DNA of 64,000 nucleotides from the human T2T-CHM13v2.0 reference genome, Homo sapiens. Under the pieces are notes generated by a model. That model was given only the letters and a program-made list of their open reading frames with translations, was not told where the DNA came from and made no database searches. This document shows positions 40,621 to 55,061 of this stretch, piece after piece. The number at the start of each line of letters is the position of its first letter. Position 1 is the first letter of the stretch. Made by a program: the position numbers and the translations under genes. Where the stretch lies: NCBI RefSeq assembly GCF_009914755.1, contig NC_060927.1; one strand, given 5' to 3'.

Positions 40621-40679
40621 GGTTAGGTACTTTATATGACTTAGTACATATAAAGTACAAAGAAAAAAAGATAAAAAAA

Positions 40680-41625
40680 AAAGACTTGGATTTGAAGAAC
40701 AAAGAACTTTAGTTCTTTGAAAGGCACAGTTTAGGAAATAAAAAGCCAAGTCACAGACTAGAAGAACATATTTTTAATGCAAATACTTAATAAACGACTT
40801 ATATCTAGAATAAAAAATAACTAATATCTCAGTAAGATAGTCAACCCAATTAAAAATGAGCAAAGTACCCAAAATGACATCGTACAAAAGAAAACATAAT
40901 TACAGGAAAAAAATGCTTATCATTAGTCATTAGGGAAATGCAAATTAAAACCCAAATGAGATACTGCTACACAGCTAAATAGAATGGCTGAAATAAAAAG
41001 ACTGACAATATCAAGTGTTGACAAGGATTGGCAGCAATTAAGAACTTCCAAATGTTGATGGTAGAGTGAAAACTGATATAACCATTTTAGAATACCACTG
41101 GCAATTCCTTGTAAATTTGACTTTAAATATAGCATGTGACTCAGTAATTCCACTTGTAGGTATGCATCCAAGAAAAATGCAAACATATTCTCCAATAGAC
41201 TCATCTATGAAAAATTATAGCTTTCTTCATAATAGCCATAAAGTAGACACAACCTAAATGTCCACTATCAGATGACTTAACAAACTGTAGTATAATCATG
41301 CAACAATACTACTCAGCAATGAAAAGGAATGAACTGTTGACACATGCAGTAACAAGAAGGAGAAAAGGCCCCAGGAACAAAAAGATACATGCTACATGAT
41401 TCCATTTATACAAAATACTTAAAAAGCCAAACCTAATCTATAGCATCACAAAGCAGATCAGTGGATGCCTGAGGCCAGGGGTGGTAGAGAGGAGGTGGAA
41501 TGCAAAACTGTGGAAGAAACTTATTGATTTGATGACAGTATTCTACAGTAATCCACAGTGTATGTAAATTTTATGTGTGTTGCTGTATATAAATGATATC
41601 AAAAAATTAAAACTAAAGAAATAAA
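40680..41625 (+). mobile_element. L1M (ME/MC-like) ORF2 end and 3' UTR
   Basis: CATTAGTCATTAGGGAAATGCAAATTAAAACC...GACAATATCAAGTGTTGACAAGGAT...ATGATTCCATTTATA. Confidence 0.85.
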
Positions 41626-43134
41626 GTCTTTAGCTTAAATGCATCTTTCAACAAGTTCTTCATTTGCAATCTAGCTTATCACACTAGAATAATTGGCAGT
41701 CTCCTAGGAAACTGGTCTGGAGAAAGTGAGTGTTTTTTTTTTTAAATGAAAAGATTTTAGATTTACGTTGAGAATTTTACCAATCATCTTAAATATTTTT
41801 CCTTTGAATCTATTTGATCTGTTCAAATTAAACTTGTTATGTCCTGAGGTGGTTAGCTAAGGGTACCATCAACAAAGTATGTGGCATCAGCTTCCAGTGA
41901 ATTCCCCAAAGTGGGGGAGAAAAATATTAGAGATGGATCCAAAGAGAAAGCCTTTCACCAAAATCTCCATTCAGCCTTGCTTTTCATCACTTAAATCCTA
42001 GAAGAAAATGTTCTCTGAGGACCACTCTGTATGTAGGAGTAGCCTGATGAGCAAACATAATACTTCTCAAGTATAGACATGATAAAGCAGCAAAGTCAAA
42101 ACCATGGACAGATTCAAGTCATAAAAGGATTTTGAATACATTTAGCCATGCACTCACTGATAAAGCCTTCCTACCAATAGTTCAGCTCATATTACATATA
42201 ACAAGACCAGTAGCTAGAAAAGCTAAAGCTTAAAAAGAAAAAATTATCACAGTGGAAAATTATCATTAGAAATACTCAACTTAAGAAAAGACTTGAAAAC
42301 CTCTTCTGTACACACAGCACTTTATCACTATAAGTTACTGGTTCTATTATCTTATTTAATCCTAATAACACTAACAATAATACATTAAGAGAGTTAATAG
42401 AGAGTTAATATAAAAGCACAATAGAGCAAACACTGCATATAGAGCATTTAGAAGTCCTTCGAAAGTCTCTGCTAGGAATGGCTTCAAAACCCAGGGAGTT
42501 GAATGTGGACTCTCCTTTTCTCCTTTCTTTTATTTCAGTGGTTCTTGAATGTTCAAGTACATATCAATATATCAAAACCATGTACTCATTAATGAGCCAC
42601 TTAAGGAAGGAATTTTTAAGGCAATTGTGATGAAATGCGACTTTCACCTCACTGTTTCTCAATCTTTTTTTCATCATCATCCCTGCAAGGAGCGTTTTCT
42701 AATTGCCCCCCTGAAATTTTAATACCACAGATTTTCTTTATATCCTTATATGTATTGTCTCTATGTCTGCGCTTTACACATAAAAAGAATGACTTTTTAT
42801 TGCTCCCAAGAATTAATTTTCACCGGCTTGGGGGTGATATCACTCCCACTGAGAATGCACGACCTAACCTGGACCTCTAGCTTAATATGAACCTCTCCTG
42901 TTTATCTTCAATGGCTCCTTTCAATGAAAAGTCTACATCCCAGAGCCTTCTTGGTTGAAGCATATCTATTAAAGTTTGTTTTCTTTATACCAAGTTTTTC
43001 CCAACATTTCTGCTGAAGTACACAATGATAGTGGAGAAGGAACATACATGCTGAAAATGAAAAACATATATAGACATATTTAGCAAGCAGGAAATGTATT
43101 TGAGCTCTGATATCTTAAAACATTAAGCAAACAG

Positions 43135-44390
43135 AGAAAGAGTAGTCTTTTTAAGAGATGGTCCTTGGACAAGTGGATATCTACACACAAAAGAGTGGAA
43201 GGCTCCTACTTCATAGAATATATAAAAATTAACTCGAAATAGATCAAAGACCTAAGAGTTTAAAGTATAAAACTTAGAAGAAAACATACATGTAAACCTT
43301 CATGAGTACGGATTACACAGGGGTCTCTTAGCTATGTCAGCAAAAGCACAAGCAACGACAGCCACAACAAAGAAAAAATATATATAAATTAGACTTCATC
43401 AAAATGTAAAAGTTTGTATTTTGAAGGACATCATTAATAAAGTGAGAAGACAATCAAAGAGGAATGGGAGAAAATATATGCAAATCACATATCTGAGAAG
43501 GGACTTGTATCTAGAATATATAAAGAACTTTTTCAACTCAATAATAAATAGATGATTCAAATTTTTTAAATGGGTAAAGGTTTTAAATAGACATTTCTCC
43601 AAACAAGATACTCAGATGGCCAATACGCAAATGAAAAGATACTCAGCATTAAAAGCCATCAGAGAAATGGTGATCTAAACACCATGAGTCACCATTTGGC
43701 ACCCACAAGGTCACCTATAACTAAAAAAAAATTAATAATGATGGGGAAAAATCAGAACCCTTACATCTTGCAGGTGATCATGTAAAATGATGCATCTAAT
43801 TTATTATATACATAAAGATAGTATATATAAAGGTATATATATTACCCAGCAATTCCACTCCTAGTTATACACCCAAGAGAAATGAAAACATATGTTCACA
43901 CAAAAGTTCTATATGAATGTTTATAACAGCATCATCCATAAAAGCCTAAAAGTGGAAACACCCCAAATTTCCATTGATGGATGAAAAGATAAATAATGTG
44001 GTACACGCATACAATGGAATATTATTAGCAATAAAAAAATAAAGTACTGAGACACATTACAGCATGATGAACCATGAAAACATTATTCTAGCTGAAAGAA
44101 GCCAGTCACAAAAGACCACAACTGTGTGATTTCATTTATAGGAAATGTCCAGAACAGGCCAAGATATAAAAACATAAAATGGAATCATAATGCCCAGGGC
44201 CGTGGAGGGGGCTTCATGAGAAACAGAAATGACTGCTAATGCATCTGGGGTTTCTTTTGGTGGTGATGAAAATGGTCTAAAAATGACTATGGTGATAGTT
44301 GCACAATTCTGATAATGTTCCGAAAACCACAGAATATACACTTTAAATGGGTGAATGGTATGCTACATATATTATATCTCACTAAAGATG
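43135..44390 (+). mobile_element. L1MB-like ORF2 end and 3' UTR
   Basis: AAAAATTAACTCGAAATAGATCAAAGACC...CAGCAATTCCACTCCTAG...CACTTTAAATGGGTGAAT. Confidence 0.9.
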
Positions 44391-44439
44391 TTTGAGCAGG
44401 GGAAGGGAAAGGATTAAGGAGGAGTTAGATCCTCAGATC

Positions 44440-45100
44440 CCATCTCCCACTCCTGATAGCCAGGAGATTGCGACACCCCCTCATCCTGGCCAGTGACTTA
44501 AGCTTTGTTCCTGTAGAGAGTAAAATAGAGGGTCTCTGACATAGAGTACCCCAGCAAAATGAGAGAGCAGGGCTGCAGGAGAGATGTCTCTAGGAAGATG
44601 AAAGTGCCAGAATACCAGAAGTGCATGAACATCTTGAGAAGGTATTTAGACAACCAGTGAAGACTTTGGGGGCTAAGACAGTGATAAGTATTTACAAAAC
44701 CAAGCAAATTAAAAAACAAGAAAATTATTACATCCAGAGAAATCAAAAGTCAGGCAGGATAGAAAGTGTGATGGTAGTTTACTCCACACTTCAGCTTTAG
44801 ATGACATTTCAATACTGTACTAATATGAATATTAATTTCATCAAATTTGCAGTAAAATTACATTGAGATAAGGGACAGAAGAAGAGCGTGTGCAATAGAA
44901 GTGAAGGGAAGACTAGTGATATTAGTTATGTTCTCTGCTTCCATAGTGCAAAATCAATAGAAAGAGCTTGAAATGTAAAAAATAAAAAAGTATACATATT
45001 ACTTAGAGATACAGAGATAAATACTAAAATAATCAGTTTAAAAGAAATGAGGGAGAGGGAGGAGGGACAATGTAGGGGTTTTGAATTATTTTTTAGTAAC
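44440..45100 (+). mobile_element. Very old L1M/HAL1-like fragments
   Basis: Weak resemblance only. Confidence 0.35.
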
Positions 45101-46512
45101 AAGCCTTATAGGGCTACATGAGGTCACATATACACACACACACACAATAAATGGGAAATGCTTGCAAATTGCATAATGTAATGAAAATTTTCAAATACTT
45201 TATAAAAATACCATGGAAAAATTATGCTATTATAAGAAATGTTATGTGAATTGTGTTCTCAATAATATGATTTTTGTCATAATACAAAAATATTTTAAAT
45301 TACTCAGTAGGTAAAGTATTTAACTTTGTTCTCAAATAAGCAAAATTCCTCAAAAGATGCAGCATGTTTATCCTAGGTCTCCACGGGCCTCTGAACACAA
45401 TAGCAATTACCACTATAAAATCCCAGTTTCAGATTTTGTGCTTAACATATGACCGTTCTTCCACACTTAGCATTTTCTACTGTATACATCATTAATTCGT
45501 TTAGTAAATATTTAAGCATTTACTAATGATCAATTCAAGTAAAATAAAAATATCTGATCTAGTACTGATCCTAACAAATTAGTTTTCTGGAATTATATTT
45601 TTTCTAGATTGTTGATCACCACGTACATGAATACAAAACTATTTATTGAAGATGTGTGATATTCAGCCTAAATCTTGTAAAACTTGGACTTGATAGTCTA
45701 AGCAGCTATTATGTGCACACATATTTGAAGGACATTTTTAAAAGTGCTAAACTATAAATATTCTGATTCACTGCTCTCTTACATGCACTAAAAATGACTT
45801 CGTGCAATCACTAACCAGGAGGTAGGTTTTGTATCTTACTGAAAATGTCACTTAATAAATAACCTTCAAATTTAAATGCAAACTGTGGATATCATTCATA
45901 GAACCTCAAACTTGCCCTTGAAGTCTAAATGGGCAAACAAGGTAACTACAAAAAGCTTTTCAGGCATTAACACCCTACTGCTTCAACTCCTTGAAAAGCA
46001 GTCTGAACTTTTAAGTTTTTAGCATAATATTCTTATGCTGAATAATCTCTATCTCCTATAGCATTTAGGCTGAGGACGTTAAGTATGATGTACTATTGGG
46101 ATAATTTGCAATTTTCACTTCTCATTCTCAGATTAGATTACTAACAGTGTTGGAGGAAATCACTTTACTGCATAGTTCATTCATAGCAATTCATTTGTCT
46201 ATTCAAAACCTGATGTCTTGTTTATGGCTGTATATCCTAATGTGTTGCATTAAGGTGTTAACAGAACTAGTTGCAACCCTAAAATTGGACTAGGCAACAT
46301 GACTTGGGACTGGCACAGTCAGAGACCAGGAAGCTGGACATTTATTGAGTAAGAAGAAAGGGAAATTTTGAGACAGAGAATTTGCAATTATGTATTATTT
46401 ACATTATGTGAAGTTGACTTTTTCATTAGCCAGTATACATCCTTGATTGTGACTGCTATATATAGTTTACTTTTATATCCTCCATAGTATCTGTGTTCAC
46501 AGTAGGTGTAGG

Positions 46513-46993
46513 TGTGGTCGACAGAATCCTGGCCACCTATAGATGTCCATGTCCTAATACTCAGAACCTCTGAATATGCTTACATGGGAAAGGGGCATTA
46601 AGGTTGCAGATGATGAAGGTTGCTAATCTGCTGGCCTTAAGGCAGGGAGATGATCCTGGATTATCTAGGTGGGCCCAACATAATCACAAGGGTCCTTAAA
46701 AGATGGAAGAGACAGGCTGAAGAGAAGGTCACAGTGATGAAAAGTGAGAAGTCAACCTGCCCTTTCTGGCTTTAAAGATAGAGGAAGGGGCCATGAGAAG
46801 CTGGAAAAGTCAAAGAAACAGGTTCTCTACTAGAGCTTCCAGAGGAAACACAGCCCTGCTGACATCTTGATTTTAGCCCAGTGAGTGCCATTTAAGACTT
46901 CTGGCCTCCAGAGTTGTTAAATGATTTTATTTTTGTTGTTTTATGTTACTAAGTTTTCAGTAATCTGTTATGGAAGCCATCAAAAACTAGTAA
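46513..46993 (+). mobile_element. MLT1D-like MaLR solo LTR
   Basis: AGATGTCCATGTCCTAAT...GATCCTGGATTATCTAGGTGGGCCC...CCCTGCTGACATCTTGATTTTAGCCCAGTGAG. Confidence 0.88.
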
Positions 46994-47449
46994 ATGATTA
47001 ATTTAAAACTTTCAAAGTAAAAAATAAGAACTAAGAAGAACACCTAAAGGAATAAGTATGAGCCATCAAGATATCTTCAGTTTTCTACGTCTTTAACCTT
47101 ATTGGGAACCTTTGGTTGATGTAGTTAATCACTGGAATTTTCCTGTCCATTCATTTGAAATCTAGAATTTCTTTCCATTTGAAATAGTTTTCTTTTACTG
47201 ACCAGAAGCTAAACTGTCCTGGATCACCTGCTGGCTGTTCTTTTGAGAAATCTTGGTATTTTCCAGTGAGTTATGACTGCACTATGGGGTACTACTTCCT
47301 GAGAACACAAAAGTTGCTTTAGCTTATCGCTTTAGGCAGATATTTTTGCCTCAGTTATCTTTTAGCTGTGTATGACTTAAACACAAAAATTTTAAAAATG
47401 TGGGAGTGCAAAGAAATATCTTTTGAGGTAGGCAGTCTTTTATCTATTT

Positions 47450-47660
47450 CTCCATTCAACCAGCATTTGCTAAGCATTTAAAATATCCTAGCATTGAGCC
47501 AGGCATTGAGTATGTGAAGACTGAACAACACAGGGTCATTTTCTTCAAGAAGCTCACAGTCTAGTGAAGCAGATAGAAATGTTGGAACAAATAAGAGTTT
47601 AAGAAAGGAATCTGTAAGTGTTACAGGAACTTTGAGGGAGAAATGTCTAACTTCATTTTA
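47450..47660 (-). mobile_element. L2 3' fragment
   Basis: CATTCAACCAGCATTTGCTAAGCA...TCAAGAAGCTCACAGTCTAGTG. Confidence 0.7.
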
Positions 47661-47799
47661 AAAAACTGCCATTTCGGGTCATAAAAAATGGGGAGTTACA
47701 CCCCTATGGGTGAACAGTTGCTGACCTTGTAATTAGTTATAAACTCATGGGTTGGTTAGAAGATTCTTTTAAGTATCTATTCAGGCCCATAGCTTTCTC

Positions 47800-48200
47800 T
47801 GAAAATGACCAGGCCTCATACGACCCCAGAACTAACATGACCAAGGGGTTGTATCTGACTCTACACTGGGCCAGCCAATCAGATTCTCAGTCCAAAGAAT
47901 TTGGAATTAGAATTCATGGGATGAGGTTGTATCTGTTGTGACAGCGAAGTCAGGTGACAGAGACTCAGTGGTCTAAGAGACCAGGCCACGCAGGCGCATG
48001 GAGCCCCAGCACAGAAGGCAGCAAACAGAGAAAAAGAAGGCCAAAGCACAGACTCCGACCACAACTGCAGTTCTTGCTTGCCTCCCCTAGTGAGGCTTTG
48101 TTGCCCTCTCTCTTTCCTGCTGCAGTGAGAGACACATTTGTGTCCTTCACATACAATCCCTATTTTGGTTAAAGTTACTTTGAGTTTCTATTACTTGCAC
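47800..48200 (+). mobile_element. Old ERVL LTR (LTR33/LTR16-like)
   Basis: GCCAATCAGATTCTC...GAATTTGGAATT; 3' end TTTGAGTTTCTATTACTTGCA. Confidence 0.5.
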
Positions 48201-48926
48201 AGTGACATGGTTCTACCTTTTTAAAACAGATTCCACATTTTCACCAGTCCATTTGCCTCAATAACCTTACCTGCAATATGGGAAGAGGAAAGCAGTTTCC
48301 TTTCAGGGAAAAGGCAGTAGAACTCATAAAAGATGTTCAAGTATAAAAGCACTTGGACTATAAATTATCATACACATGCAGAAGATTGAAATCTGTAACT
48401 GGTTATGAAATATTGTTCACAAATGACCCCTATTAAAAGCCAAATGGAAGGATTTTCCAGCAAAAATGAGGTAGGAAAAAAGCTCAAATAAAAATGGGCC
48501 AAGATTCTAGGCAGAGCTCTAATATTCAGTTTCAGAGATTAGTTCGGCTTTGGCCATTTCCAAGTGTGAAAGAGGGATGGGGCGAAGAAGGTAATGGCAA
48601 AAAGAGAAAGAATCTACAAAGAACCATGGGGAGGAACACCGGCAAGGATTTTATCCTTCCAGAGAAAGCCATATCTGCTGTTAAAACACAGTGCACAGCA
48701 GACTGACAATGATCTTCTTGCAATAGGTCATAGAAAGGGCATTAAAAGACAACTTTCAAAGGTCTCAAACTAGATAAACCGAAATCAGTAATAGAGGACT
48801 TATGCTGGACCTATAGGAGATTTTCTTCCAGGTGACTATTACCAGAGGAATCTACATAACAGTGGACTGCTGCTATTTGGGGGCTAACTTCTGCTGCCCA
48901 CCTTTGAAGTCACTAATAGCTTGTTA

Positions 48927-49296
<370 letters not shown>

Positions 49297-49699
49297 TTAT
49301 TCCCTATTAGCATCTCTGATAATGGATTTGTTCATTAACAAGTTAGGAACTAATTGAACTGGAGATTCAAAATAATCTAAAAATTTCAGTTCTTGATGTT
49401 AGTACTGCTGTCTCTATGCACTATCAAGTGCACGGAAAGTATAGAGGTCAATGTATGGCACATCTGCTTTCCATTACCATGAAATTCACTTCAACACATC
49501 ACTGTCATAAAAAAGTCCTATACTAAGCATTCTGTTGTTGGTATTGATCCTTCCCTTCCATGTTATGAAGATAGTTATTCATTTTTGCAGACTCAACATG
49601 GCATAATGCCTGGCACAGAGCTAATACTCAACATCTGTGAATGTATAAAAGAGCAGATAGTAGAGGCTCCATGCACTTCTGAATTGCTGACCATAATTG

Positions 49700-49910
49700 T
49701 TAACATTTTCTGAAAACTTACCAAACTCCAGGTGTAGTACCAAGTGCTTTATGTACATTGTTTCATTAAACCCTCACAACAACCCAATGAGGAAACTGAG
49801 GCACAGAGACCTGTCCAAGATCATAGACTACTAACTGGAGGAAGTGAGATGCAGACAGAGGCAGCCTGGTTCCAGAGCTCAAGCTCTACACCACGCTGCA
49901 GTACTGCCTC
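49700..49910 (-). mobile_element. MIR
   Basis: CCTCACAACAACCCAATGAGGAAACTGAGGCACAGAGA. Confidence 0.8.
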
Positions 49911-51143
49911 CCGTATTCTAGTCCTCTCATGAAGGCTTGCTGATGGTCTAGCACATCCTTCATGCTCTGCGGGACACAAAACCAGACACAATTTTAACCT
50001 TGCTCTTTGGAGTTAAGAGTGAGAGTTAAGTGGTATTTATACAATTAACTCCAATATGAAGCAGAATTTAACAAGTATGTCTAGAAATGAGGCTGAAGGT
50101 ACAGAAGACAGGAACACAACTCTTAGCTAGGATGGGAGAGAAATGGAAGGTTGCATAGACCAGGGACACATAGGCTGGGCCTTAAATTATATAGAAGATC
50201 TGCAAAGGCAGAGATAGAGACCAGATTATAGTCAGCAAAATCATCACATGTCAGAAAAGTCAGTGTGTGTCTGGGGCTATCTGGGGCACAGGGTATCTTC
50301 AGGAAGCAGTAATGATGAATCCTTTAATGATACTCTACCAATTCCCCCGGTGTGAAAACATATCAAATCTTGAGGTACAGAAAGGGGGACAAACCGAGGA
50401 CTCCCAAAACTAATCAAAGAATACTCTTGAAGTTCTGAACATTAATGAGGATGAGGACCTCACTAAATGGCCACTTCTGTACAAACTGAGTTTGAAGTCA
50501 CAGAAATGTTAGAACTGTAATCCTAAAACTCAGTTAAGAGGGAAGTGCATCTACAAATCAAGACAGACCTCCAGCTGAAAATGCCTCAACAGACACTTGC
50601 ATAGGCCTTCCTTCCACCTTTCCGTGTGCAAACGGATACTGTGATTTTGAGAATGAAACATGATAGCTCCTGCATCCACTACTAACAAAAGCAAGTGACT
50701 GGCAATGAGGGTAAATCAGGCCTCCCTTGAGTTGGTCCTTGAAGGTGCTATCAAATTAACGTATGTCTAACAATTCTGTCTCCATTCAAATCAATTCGCC
50801 TAGGTAGCTAACCTGCTCACTGTTTCTCTAACAAGGTAAACAATGGATTAGTAAAAACTACACATATCAGACCTGGTTTCTTACAACATTAGGCTCAAAA
50901 TGCAAGATTTACATAAAGAGAACATCTATGGTGAGAAATAATTTGCTTAGACAGGAAATTTTATCACTGCCATTCAGTTAGTTGGAAAATGAAGATTTAG
51001 AGATTTGGGGAATTCTCTAATGTTCTACATAAGCATAGGGTAAAATAAAAACTTCGTATTTCTTTGAATTAATATCCAATTCTCTTCTAGAGGAAATTTT
51101 ATTGAATTGGAAGTGTAATTCTTCTGTTTAAAAGAAAGCCTCA

Positions 51144-51442
51144 GCCAGGCATGGTGGCTCACACCTGTAATCCCAGCACTTTGGGAGGCCGAGGCGGGTG
51201 GATCACAAGGTCAGGAGTTCAAGACCAGCCTGGCCAACATAGTGAAATCCTGTCTCTACTAAAAATACAAAAAAAATTAGCCAGGGGTGGTGGTGGGTGC
51301 CTGTCCTCCCAGCTACTCAGGAGGCTGAGGGGGAGAATTGCTTGAACTTGGGAGGCAGAGGCTGCAGTGAGCTGAGATCACACCACTGCATTCCAGCCAG
51401 AGCAACAGTGCAAGACTCCGTCGTCTCAAAAAAAAGAAAAAA
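51144..51442 (+). mobile_element. AluS
   Basis: Full dimer; TSD AAAGCCTCA. Confidence 0.95.
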
Positions 51443-51949
51443 GCCTCATTATTTTTTATAATGATCATGCTGATCATACTGCTATTCTAGTCACTGTCAA
51501 TAAACAAAATGACAATAAATAACCATTACAAGGCAGCAATTAACATGATGGTACCTCCTAACTTCTAAGCTTGTTTCTTTAACGTGAAAACACTATTTCT
51601 ATTGGCAAGTATGTAGATGAGAGCTGAGTCTTCCTGAAGGACAGATTGAAAGAGTTTTCACAAATATTTAAAATCACAGAAAAAGTAATGTTCTGAAACA
51701 TTTACAGAAATTAATAAAAGTATCTCATCTTTGTGTAGATTAAATATTAAAATGCACTTATATAACTTTTATTAAAATAATTAATATTTAACGAAGACAA
51801 TTGAAAGAACACAACTATGACAAATTACATTTTGGCAGTAATGATAAGCCTTTGAGTTCTAGTTCTTTCTCCTTAGGGATGTTACATATCTGTTTTCTCT
51901 ACTTAAATCACTCTGCCTCATTATCATCTCTGCCTTCTACTCTCAGTTC

Positions 51950-52222
51950 AGCTTGAAAGTTCATCTTATACAGGGTTACACGATTTTATAATATCAGATA
52001 ACTCTCTTTCACACCACTTACCAGAGCTCTAATACTAACTTATGTGTCTCATTCTTGGTTGAACATTTCTCTACCTCACTAGATTATAAACTCCTTGAGG
52101 GCAGGCACTGGTTCCACTCTCTTCCACTAAATCCCCAACTCCAAAACCCTAACACCTTAACACCTAATATATATATCACCATTTACATATCAGTCACTCA
52201 ATAAATATTTGAAGAACGAAAT
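51950..52222 (+). mobile_element. L2 3' end
   Basis: CTAGATTATAAACTCCTTGAGGGCAGG...CACTCAATAAATATTTGAAGAACGAAATGA. Confidence 0.7.
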
Positions 52223-53791
52223 GACAAAATACCCTTTACCTGAATGCTTACCTAAAAATGTATCTTATATATGGAATGAATGATCCACACTTACTACATG
52301 GATGTATAAACTCAAACATTATACTTTTCTTTGCACATTTGAGAATATGTGTCATAAGCTATGTTTACAATGATATGGAAACAAAAACTTGTCTATAACA
52401 AAAACATGCCCATAGCAATAACAGCAACAACAAGAAGTGGTTCCAAATTCAAGGTGGTAGCACAGCTTTTTTCAAAAATTTGAGAAAAAACAAATCTATT
52501 AAAACAGAAGATATAGTCTCTTGGACTCCACTAAAATGAGTCTGTTCAGGTCTACTACAAAACACATCTTTAAGAGAGATTCATGGCCTTAGTAGCCAGA
52601 CAGTAGGTATGGCCCAGACCTTCCCAGCACAGCCTATGTATTGAAGACTTTAGTGAAAACACTCATGTCAGCAAATTTAGCATGGATAATTGCAATAGGA
52701 AGTTCTATAACTTTGCTTTAGGGAAAAAAATTCTATTTTAATTTTCATTCCCAAACAGAATTATGTTAGAATAACAAAATAAACTTCCCCACATTTATCT
52801 GTTTTTTAAAAATGATAGTCTCAAGGAAGAGAAACTTTCTTTTCATTCATTTAATAAAGATTTTTGCATTTTATTTAAAGACTCCTTATGGCTATATTTT
52901 AAGGATTCAAGTTCATTTATTTGTGATAACTAGAAAAATTTTTTGTCCCTTTGTGAAAATTTTGGAACTAGGCATATTTTCATTACTGTTTTCATTATTA
53001 CTGACAACTTGGCTCCCTGCTCTGGGAAATATTTCTGGAAGAAAAGAAAAAAAAAAAAAAACTATGAATCAACTAACTTACTTAGCAAGGTCATCAGCTT
53101 ACTCACCAGGGCTTATTTCAAGACCCTCTCTGTGCCACAAACACAAGACTACTTTGTCTAAACTCTTGTCCAATTCCAATCATTTCTCTGACTTGCAGTA
53201 CCTGCCTTAAAGTAATGCAGAACAAGCCCAGAACTCCATAAATGTGCTCTCCTAATTTATCCATTTTGAGCAACTAATCAGATTCTCTCAATCTTGTATA
53301 TTCTTTTCCTATAGATCTAAAATCATAGCTTTGCTTGATCAACAGGTTTTTCCGGTAGTCTTGTGGAAAGTTGACAGTAGGCATTCATCTTATATCCACT
53401 ACACAGAAACCTGAGTTCACAGATGTTGTCTTAGTCAATGCCATACACACACACACACACACACCTGTGACCAGCACAGTGGTTGGCACATAATATGTGA
53501 TCAATAAATGCATACTTAGGAAAGAAGATTTTGTTCTATAGTATTACAGAGGGTCAAAGTTCTTATAAAGGAGAGTCAGTTACTAAAACTAAACTGATAT
53601 TCTATCTTCTCATGTGGTCTTTCGGCATCAGTCCTATCCTACACAATAATGCCTTGCAATCTGTAGTTGTGAAATTAGACTTCTTTTTATGTGTGCACAA
53701 ATTAAGCCAGTTTCTACAAATTAAAGAACATCCAGCAATTATTGCTCTCCTTCAAGCTGACCAATAGGATAAGTTTAAGCAGTAGTTTTGA

Positions 53792-54101
<310 letters not shown>

Positions 54102-54423
54102 TGTTTTTGTAATTTCTTATACTACAGTGTTTCCTTCTGGAGACAGAGGAAGTCCAGCAGATGAAGTCTAAAATACTCTGCTTATTTTGTGAAAAGACCA
54201 GGCATTCACACAAGCGTTTTTCTCAAAGCTGAGAAAAAGGAGGCTGAAGGTGCAAAAGATATCAGAGTACTCATTCAGAACCCAAGAGTCTATAAAATAT
54301 AAACCTGGTGAGAGAACTGGCCTCAGCCAGTGGAGATGCCTCAATAGTGTTTGTGTCACGAGCGAACAAGGTGAATCATAAAAATATTTTTTAAACTTCT
54401 GTTTCAAAGGTGCAAAAGGCATA

Positions 54424-54851
54424 TATATTAGTCTCTTTGCATTACTCTAAAGGAATACCTGAGACTGGGTAATTTTTAAAGAAAAGAGGTTTATTTGGCT
54501 ATGGATCTGTAGGCTGTATAGGAAGCATAACACTAGCATCTGTTTGGCCTCTGGTGAGGGCCTTGGGGAGCTTACAATCATGGCAGAAAACAAAGGCGAG
54601 CCAGCATGTCACAGGGCAAGAGAGGGAGAAAGAGAGAGAGTAGAGGAAGTCCCAGCCTCTTTTAAACAGCCAGATCTCATGTGAACTCACAGACTGAGAA
54701 CAAACTCACTCATTACTGCAAGGATGACACCAAGCCATTCATGAGGAATCCACCCTCATGTCCCAAACACCTCCCACCAGGCCACTCAACCAACAATGGG
54801 GATTACATTTCAACATGAGATTTGGAGCGGACAAGCATCCAAAGTATATAA
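54424..54851 (-). mobile_element. MSTB-like MaLR solo LTR
   Basis: AAGGAATACCTGAGACTGGGTAATTT...CATTTCAACATGAGATTTGGAG. Confidence 0.88.
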
Positions 54852-55061
54852 GTACAGCAGCTAGAACTTTCAGTTACTTAAAAAAAATCTTGCTGACATC
54901 TTAATTACCTGCTGAAGTCCTGGTGGTCGGCAAGAAAGCAGTGAAAACATTTAAAATTTCAATTTTCATATTAATGGTCCTAATTTCTGGATCTGGTTTT
55001 CTCTTTTAACCATTTGCATAAAAATGTTTTGTGAGGGACATATAAAGAAGTTGGAAGCTGC

